From Eledone cirrhosa (taxonomy: Eukaryota): 64,000 nucleotides of DNA. The notes beneath the pieces are model-generated. The model saw nothing but the letters and a program-made list of their open reading frames with translations. It had not been told where the DNA came from and did no database searches. Shown piece after piece: positions 57,721 through 64,000 of the stretch. Each line of letters opens with the position of its first letter. Position 1 is the stretch's first letter. The translations under genes were made by a program, and so were the position numbers. The stretch lies in the NCBI GenBank assembly GCA_964016885.1, contig OZ024744.1:83328001-83392000 (forward strand), in the 5' to 3' direction.

Positions 57721-59496
57721 GGAATTTAACCATAGTGAGGAGTTTTATACTTTCTGTCGCTTAACGCCAAGGAAGCTGGGAGAAACACCGGTCTAATGAG
57801 GCACTTAACTTGAAACAGGCTTCAGGATTTTAGACATAACTGCTTTAGCTATGGAAATCTAGTAGTGAAAATATAAGCATTTTCTTTTTTGGTCTTTCGG
57901 AAAAATATCATTTTTCATTCTCACAAGTAGCAATCACGGTATCAATAATAAATGCGGCTCTTACTATCAGAGAAGAATGGCGTAGTTGTTATCTCTCAAA
58001 AATTAAAGAAACTAGTCACAGAAATCAGCTTTGTTACAGTCTCTGCTGGCTCCAGTTTAATGATTTGTTAGATATAAAATTTCTAAGGCCACTTAATACT
58101 TATGCAATAACTGTTAGATGGTCATCTCGTGAGGTTTTGCTATGTTTATATCTTTGTCAAAAGCTTTGGTAATTTAAGTGAAATAAATGGATTTACTCGG
58201 GGAGTCGAAAGCATGTCGTGGAGTCTTCTTCATACAAACATGGCACTTACTCTACGATATTTCTTATTCAATATATAAAAACACATTCGGGTAAACTAGA
58301 AATTCTTAAAATATATACAAACTAACAGAAGTTAATATTTTATTGCTATCACAAATATTTTTCTGTTCTATTACATCAATGGAGTGGAAGTAAGTGACAG
58401 ACAGACTATCAAAGAGAAATATTCGAAATACTTTAAAACAATCCGTTCCATATTCTTATAGTTTCAGAAAATGTTCTTATGTTTGATGTTATTAAATGTG
58501 CTTTAAAATTTTACATCATAAAAACGAGCAACTCGTTTATCTTCCCAGTAAGTTTATATGAGGAATTAATATTCAACTTCCACAATCTAATTAGATAAAC
58601 CAGATGCTACAGGGTTGGGCGGGAATAATATAATATTAATTACTTATTGGTCAAGTGTTTGTATCCTGCCACTGACTTTATGAAATGTCCATTTCCAATC
58701 AAGCCATATATATATATTTTCACTAAATCTACATAAACACATAATAGGGAAATATGAGTAAGAAAAGCTCAAAGAGTGTTTTCACTATCGTTCAGTATTG
58801 ATTTGGAATCCTTTTAATGTCTGATAAAATCACCTACACCGTTGTTCTCCCTCAGTATAAATTACGGACACTACATCAATGTGAGTAATTAAAAAATACC
58901 TATTGTTATTCATTACGCAAGCTGAAACATTTACATCAATTTCTGTAAGTTTCATTCATAGAAATTGCCTTTACCAAAAAACTAAATTTCCCAAATTAAA
59001 CGTTTATTCTTCACCTGATGCCATTGGCAGTAACATATAAAAGTCAAAGACTACGATTATCGATACATTTCTTTGAAGAAAGAAATTCGAATCGCTAAAT
59101 TATATGTAGTATTATTAGAAATTCCATATGAAAAATATCCTAATGACCTTAAAATGGATTTAATTCAAGGCTCAAAGATATCTGTTAATTACTTCTTTTG
59201 TTTTTAAATCTATGAAACGTTGAATTTACTAATCAATTATAATGTCTCTGGGAGGTCTCAAATTAATTAAGTAACATTTCCGCCCACGAAGCTGAAATCA
59301 TTTTAAACAATCTCTACCTGATTGTAATCTCAGAAACTCAATTAGTTCTATATTCTGACAAAGGAAAAACTGAATTTCTAACAATAATATTGCGTTAGAT
59401 TATTTCAACCGCATTATATATACTATTGAAGATTTTTAGAAGACTTTGAACTCTTGATGATTTTCCCGACACATTCAACCATCATTATCATCATAT

Positions 59497-60100
59497 AGGG
59501 CGGTGGATTGGCAGTATCAGTAGAGGGTCGGACGCCATTCTTTGTAGCAAAGAGTTACGGCCCTTTATGGTCTGAGTTCAAATCCCGCCGAGGTTAAATT
59601 TGCCTTTCATCCTTACGGGGTCGATAAAATAAAGTACCAGTAATACACTTGGATAATTGCTGGCCTTGTGCCAAAAGTAGAAACAATTATAATTATTTTT
59701 AACATTATTATCAATATTATTGTTGTTGGTGATATTTAACAATTGCAGTTAAAAGGCTTTGCGGTATTTAGAAAAAAATCCCTTTACGGTCTGTGTTCAA
59801 TACCACCGGGGATAGTTACAATAGATACCATTCAAACAGCGAATCAATATAATTTTTGCGTTGTGACCCACGTTAGAAATCAACATTACTGGCACAATCG
59901 TTAGAGCGTCGGGCAAAATGATTTAATTTATTTGTTTCGGTACTTAAATATTTTCAGATCAAACACAGCCGAGGTCAACATTGCTTTTTCATACAGCCGG
60001 GGTCGATAAAATAAAGAACCAGTCAAGCACTGGGGACGATTTAATCGGCTTTCTTCTCCCACTAAAATTTCTGGCCTTGTGCTTTAAGTAGAAATTATTA
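59497..60100 (+). mobile_element. SINE family A copies (young 59497-59695; older about 59890-60100)
   Basis: A box, B box, core and tail. Confidence 0.88.
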
Positions 60101-60319
60101 ATGATAATTATTATTATTTCTGCTGTGTTCCTTGAGTATATGTAATGTTGATTTTAGGTGTTGTTTTTTCTATTGTTTTGAAAGTGTTCTTCGTAATATT
60201 TGTGCAGTGCTTAGTAGTGCTATTGTCTGCATGATGTATATATTTGTAAGTTCTGGGGTTTTGGTTATGTATCTGTTTGTGTGTTTTTATATCTTTCCCA
60301 GCGAACCTCTAAATATAGG

Positions 60320-61410
60320 TATTGTTTTTATGGGTAGATGGTATATTTGTAGTGTTGATACACAATCGCAGACTAGAAGGTGTACGACAAGAAAAACTAA
60401 TGGCCCTAAACATACTGCTCCGTGAACAACAACAGCAGCAGCAGCAGCAGGAACAATACCTGCAGCAGCCACACCGGCAGCTACAACAACAACAACAAAC
60501 AACAGGAGCAACGAAACCAAAAGTTGCACCAACAGCAACACCATCTTACACTTTAACATCTTATTATCCAACCACAATAAAACACCGAAGACCATGTTCC
60601 ACCCTAACTCGGATTTCCACTTTTATGACGAGGGACAGATGAGTGAGGATTTGTCTCCAAAAGAAGGAGAAGGGACAAAAAAGAATTCTGTACGAACCCA
60701 GCCCATACCAAATGTGAATATGAGAAATACAAATGCCACATGGTTAAGATAACCATCAACACCAACAAAATCTCCCACCACCATAAAATCAAAACAAAAA
60801 AAGCTTTCACCACAACAAATGAAATCACAACTCAATCTGCATCCACAACAACAAGAACACCATCCCCCCCACCAAAAAAAAGGAAAATTATCATTATCTA
60901 AGGCCATAGATACAAATAACAACAAATTAATGCAAGACAGGCATCAACACGAAGGCAACACACAGTGACTGCAGCACACATACATTTAGTATACCGACTC
61001 ACATAAAATCAAAATGTTGTTCGAGGCGCTACCAATGCTACCAATCCACCGCCCTTCCTAAAAGAAAAAAAGGGGAAAAAAGGGTCCTCCTCACTTACCC
61101 CCTGATAGTCTTACTTAGGACAGCTGTGTGAATGTGCGTGGCCTGATGTCGCTTTGAAAATAAGGCCACTTTCTTAATGACCTCAAGTCACTAATTACAG
61201 ATGTGATGGCTGTCCTTCAGCGAGACCAGAATTTCCGAGGCATGGGTCTTCGCACCCATCTTCGCCGCCCTCTCCAGGTTGTCCTGATCGGGAGATAAAG
61301 TCGCTGTGTTGTTTTTGAGGACCATCTTCCTCAACTCATGAGGCAAGTCTTTGGTATTAGATGGAACTAACAGCGTAGGTCTAGTCTTCAGACAATTAGC
61401 AGTTTATTTA
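60320..61410 (+). mobile_element. Highly decayed L1/Tx1-like 5' region (ORF1-like Q-rich part and endonuclease N-terminus)
   Basis: tgtgtgaatgtgcgtggcctg reads CVNVRGL, followed by LNDLKSLITDVMAVLQ then ET across a frameshift (APE endonuclease start); upstream CAA/CAG-rich stretch assignment is weaker. Confidence 0.45.
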
Positions 61411-62162
61411 TAAACTAATCAACCAATCATATTACGCTTAATTAGCATTATATGATTTAAGATACATATTCTATAACTGTTTGAATGAATGTCACCATAT
61501 ACAACCCTTTGTATTTCCCGTAAAAACTCAAATTTAGTGCCTTATTGTAAAATATATTCTACGTGCCACACATAATATCTGAGAGTTATAAATTTTAGGA
61601 ATCTACACGGATAGATTTCTTCAGATGCCTAGACACCTTCCTAGAAAAGTCCTGCTCTCTTATTTCTGTGGGTGATTGGAACGGTATCTGGTGTACAAGC
61701 TGGAGCTGTGTAAAGTTAACAGAAAAGAAAGAAGGGTGGAAAAGCCTCGCAAACCTGTTCAGATATTTCCACCTAACTTTACTGGTTGGATATCCTAAAT
61801 GCATCATTGTATATGCATAGTGTTTTTTTTTTTTTTCTATTCTATTTAATATACGTATCGTATTATGTGTAAGTACCTTAGTTGATCTATATTACGTATG
61901 TTGTATATATTTGTACATCACGGGCTTTTGTTATTTATGTATGTGTTTGTATTTCTTTTATCCACATTCGTGTTATTTCTATCTTCAGAAATTTATATTT
62001 TGTTAATTTCTCAATTTTGTTGATAGAGATATATTGTCGAATGTAAGGATTGATGCGCCTTTGACTACGTTATCTGATCCATTAGATTTGATTTTCTTGT
62101 CTATGTGTATTGTCATATCCTAGTGTGTGTAATTCTAGCTTCCCTTTTCTGTTTTCACAATC

Positions 62163-62397
62163 AGGGTGTTGGATTGGCAGTATCGGTAGGGCGGCGGACA
62201 CCCTGCTTTGTGGCAGAGAGTTACAGCCTTTTGCATTCTGAGTTCAGATCCCGCCGTGGTTAGATTTGCCTTTCATGGGGTCCATATGGGGTCGATAAAA
62301 TAAAACACCAGTAACAAACTGGGTCGATTTAATCGACTTTACCCTCCCTTTCAAATTGCTGGCCTTGTGCCTAAAGTAGAAATAATAATTATTATTA
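62163..62397 (+). mobile_element. SINE family A, long form
   Basis: A box, B box, core with a small insertion, tail. Confidence 0.85.
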
Positions 62398-63529
62398 TGG
62401 ATATGTTTATTAGATGGCGAGGTGTATGGAAGATTATGAAGCATTAGTTACCCCTTCAGTCAAAAGAGTTTAATGTTTTCTTTTTACCATATGTTTCATT
62501 GTAATTTAATATTTCCTTAATTTCTCTCACTTCATGTCTTTCTCCATCTCCCTCTCTCTGTCTCTCTGTCTCCCTCTCTCGTTCTCTCTCTCTCTATCTC
62601 TGTCTCTCTGTCTCCCTCTCTACTTCTCTCTCTACCCTCTCTCTCTCTCTATACCCCCCCCCCCTTTCTCTATATCTATCTCTCATATACGTATACATAT
62701 ACATACATATATGTATGTGTGTGTATCAGATCTCGAAAAATGTTTAACCGAATTACCCGTTTGAAAGAATTTTTTTTGTGTGTGCAACCTTTAATAACAA
62801 AACCCTTTTCGTATCTAGTCGATTGCCTGTGGTAGAGGAAATATTTGTCTGTAGACATTTATAACTGTTCATATAGTTTTGGCAAATAGCCATTTACAAT
62901 ATTCTCGAACATTGCAAGATGGCCGTTCCAATCCTAATGGTGGTAACAGTAGTGTCAATAACGTAAACAAACACGTACTCAAATAATTTTCAAATAGAGA
63001 AAAATGAATTAAATATAAAGCAGACAATGGAAAACAAAATTCGAGCAGAAAGACAACCCTCCAGGCTTAAACATGTGTACAATTAAAAACGTAATAATAA
63101 TGGAAGCATTAATTTGAACAGGAAACAGTACCAAAAACGACACCAGCAACATAATCACCATCAACAACATCATCATCAACACCACCAACAAAATTAACAA
63201 TAGGCTACTAGAAATCTTCTATGGAAGAACTTAAAGATCCTACGTTTTCGCTTATCCAACTTGGTGGTGGGAACGTTACAAATGCTGAATGACGAGATAT
63301 GAGAGCAAAGAGATTGATTTGCTCATTGAGGAGGGGATCTTGGGACACGAGTACACCGAACATGAAGTAATAGAATTTACAGGAAGGGTTCACCAGAATA
63401 CATCAACAGCTATAGATGAGTTACACGGTTGACGTGAGGATTTAAAGGCGTCAGCACATTTTCGGAGAAAACTATTTGCAGAAAGTGTTCAATATGGAAA
63501 CTGATCGGAGGCGTGAAAGGATTATTAGT

Positions 63530-63740
63530 CATCACAGCGTCGGACAAAATGCTTCGCAATATTTAGTTATAATTTCAAAATTCTGTGTTTAAATCCCGCC
63601 AAGGTTAGCTCTGCCTTTCATCCTTCTGAGTGGCGATAAAATATAGTACCAGTAAGATATTGATAGGGTGATATAATAGAATTCTGCCTTGCATCAAATG
63701 GCTGTATTGTGCCAGTATTAGAATGAATTATTATTATTAT
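63530..63740 (+). mobile_element. Old SINE family A copy
   Basis: aaatcccgccaaggttagctctgcctttcatccttc...cgataaaatatagtaccagt. Confidence 0.7.
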
Positions 63741-63804
63741 GTATCTATCTTCAGTATTATTCTTATGCGCACACTTACACACAAACTGACAAAAACACAA
63801 ATAC

Positions 63805-63870
<66 letters not shown>

Positions 63871-64000
63871 ATTTACTCGTGTATATGTGTAATGTATATA
63901 TATATATATGTATATATATTTTTATTTATAGAGAGAGAGAGAGAGAGAGAGATAAACATACTTCCATTCTCTTCATTCCAATTAATTTCTTTTTACTCGA

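Noticed and set aside
60322-60642. Q-rich ORF as a host gene exon
   Set aside because: Low complexity, interrupted by stops in neighbouring sequence, and upstream of a LINE endonuclease remnant; a decayed ORF1 is more likely.

Overview
AT-rich, microsatellite-saturated eukaryotic DNA with no recognisable host protein-coding gene. It is intergenic or intronic. The repeat content suggests a mollusc, probably Octopus (inference, not checked). Almost all ORFs in the supplied track are (TA)n/(CA)n/(GA)n translation artefacts. Supported content: (1) more than 25 copies of a tRNA-derived SINE, plus a second SINE type; (2) decayed non-LTR retrotransposon pieces from four clades (L1/Tx1-like, R4/Dong-like RLE, CRE-like RLE, RTE), several sitting in specific microsatellites; (3) a 39-bp hAT-type MITE with an 8-bp TSD; (4) the main signal, many short non-coding islands between (TA)n tracts that carry minimal type I hammerhead ribozymes (about 10 intact or near-intact, from several sequence families), most likely Penelope-like element or retrozyme ends. 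Many of these islands are fold-back palindromes whose inversion or truncation points fall inside or next to the ribozyme, most often in stem II. Unrelated sequence beside (TA)n tracts is also duplicated in inverted orientation. All folds were derived by eye and none is experimentally tested.
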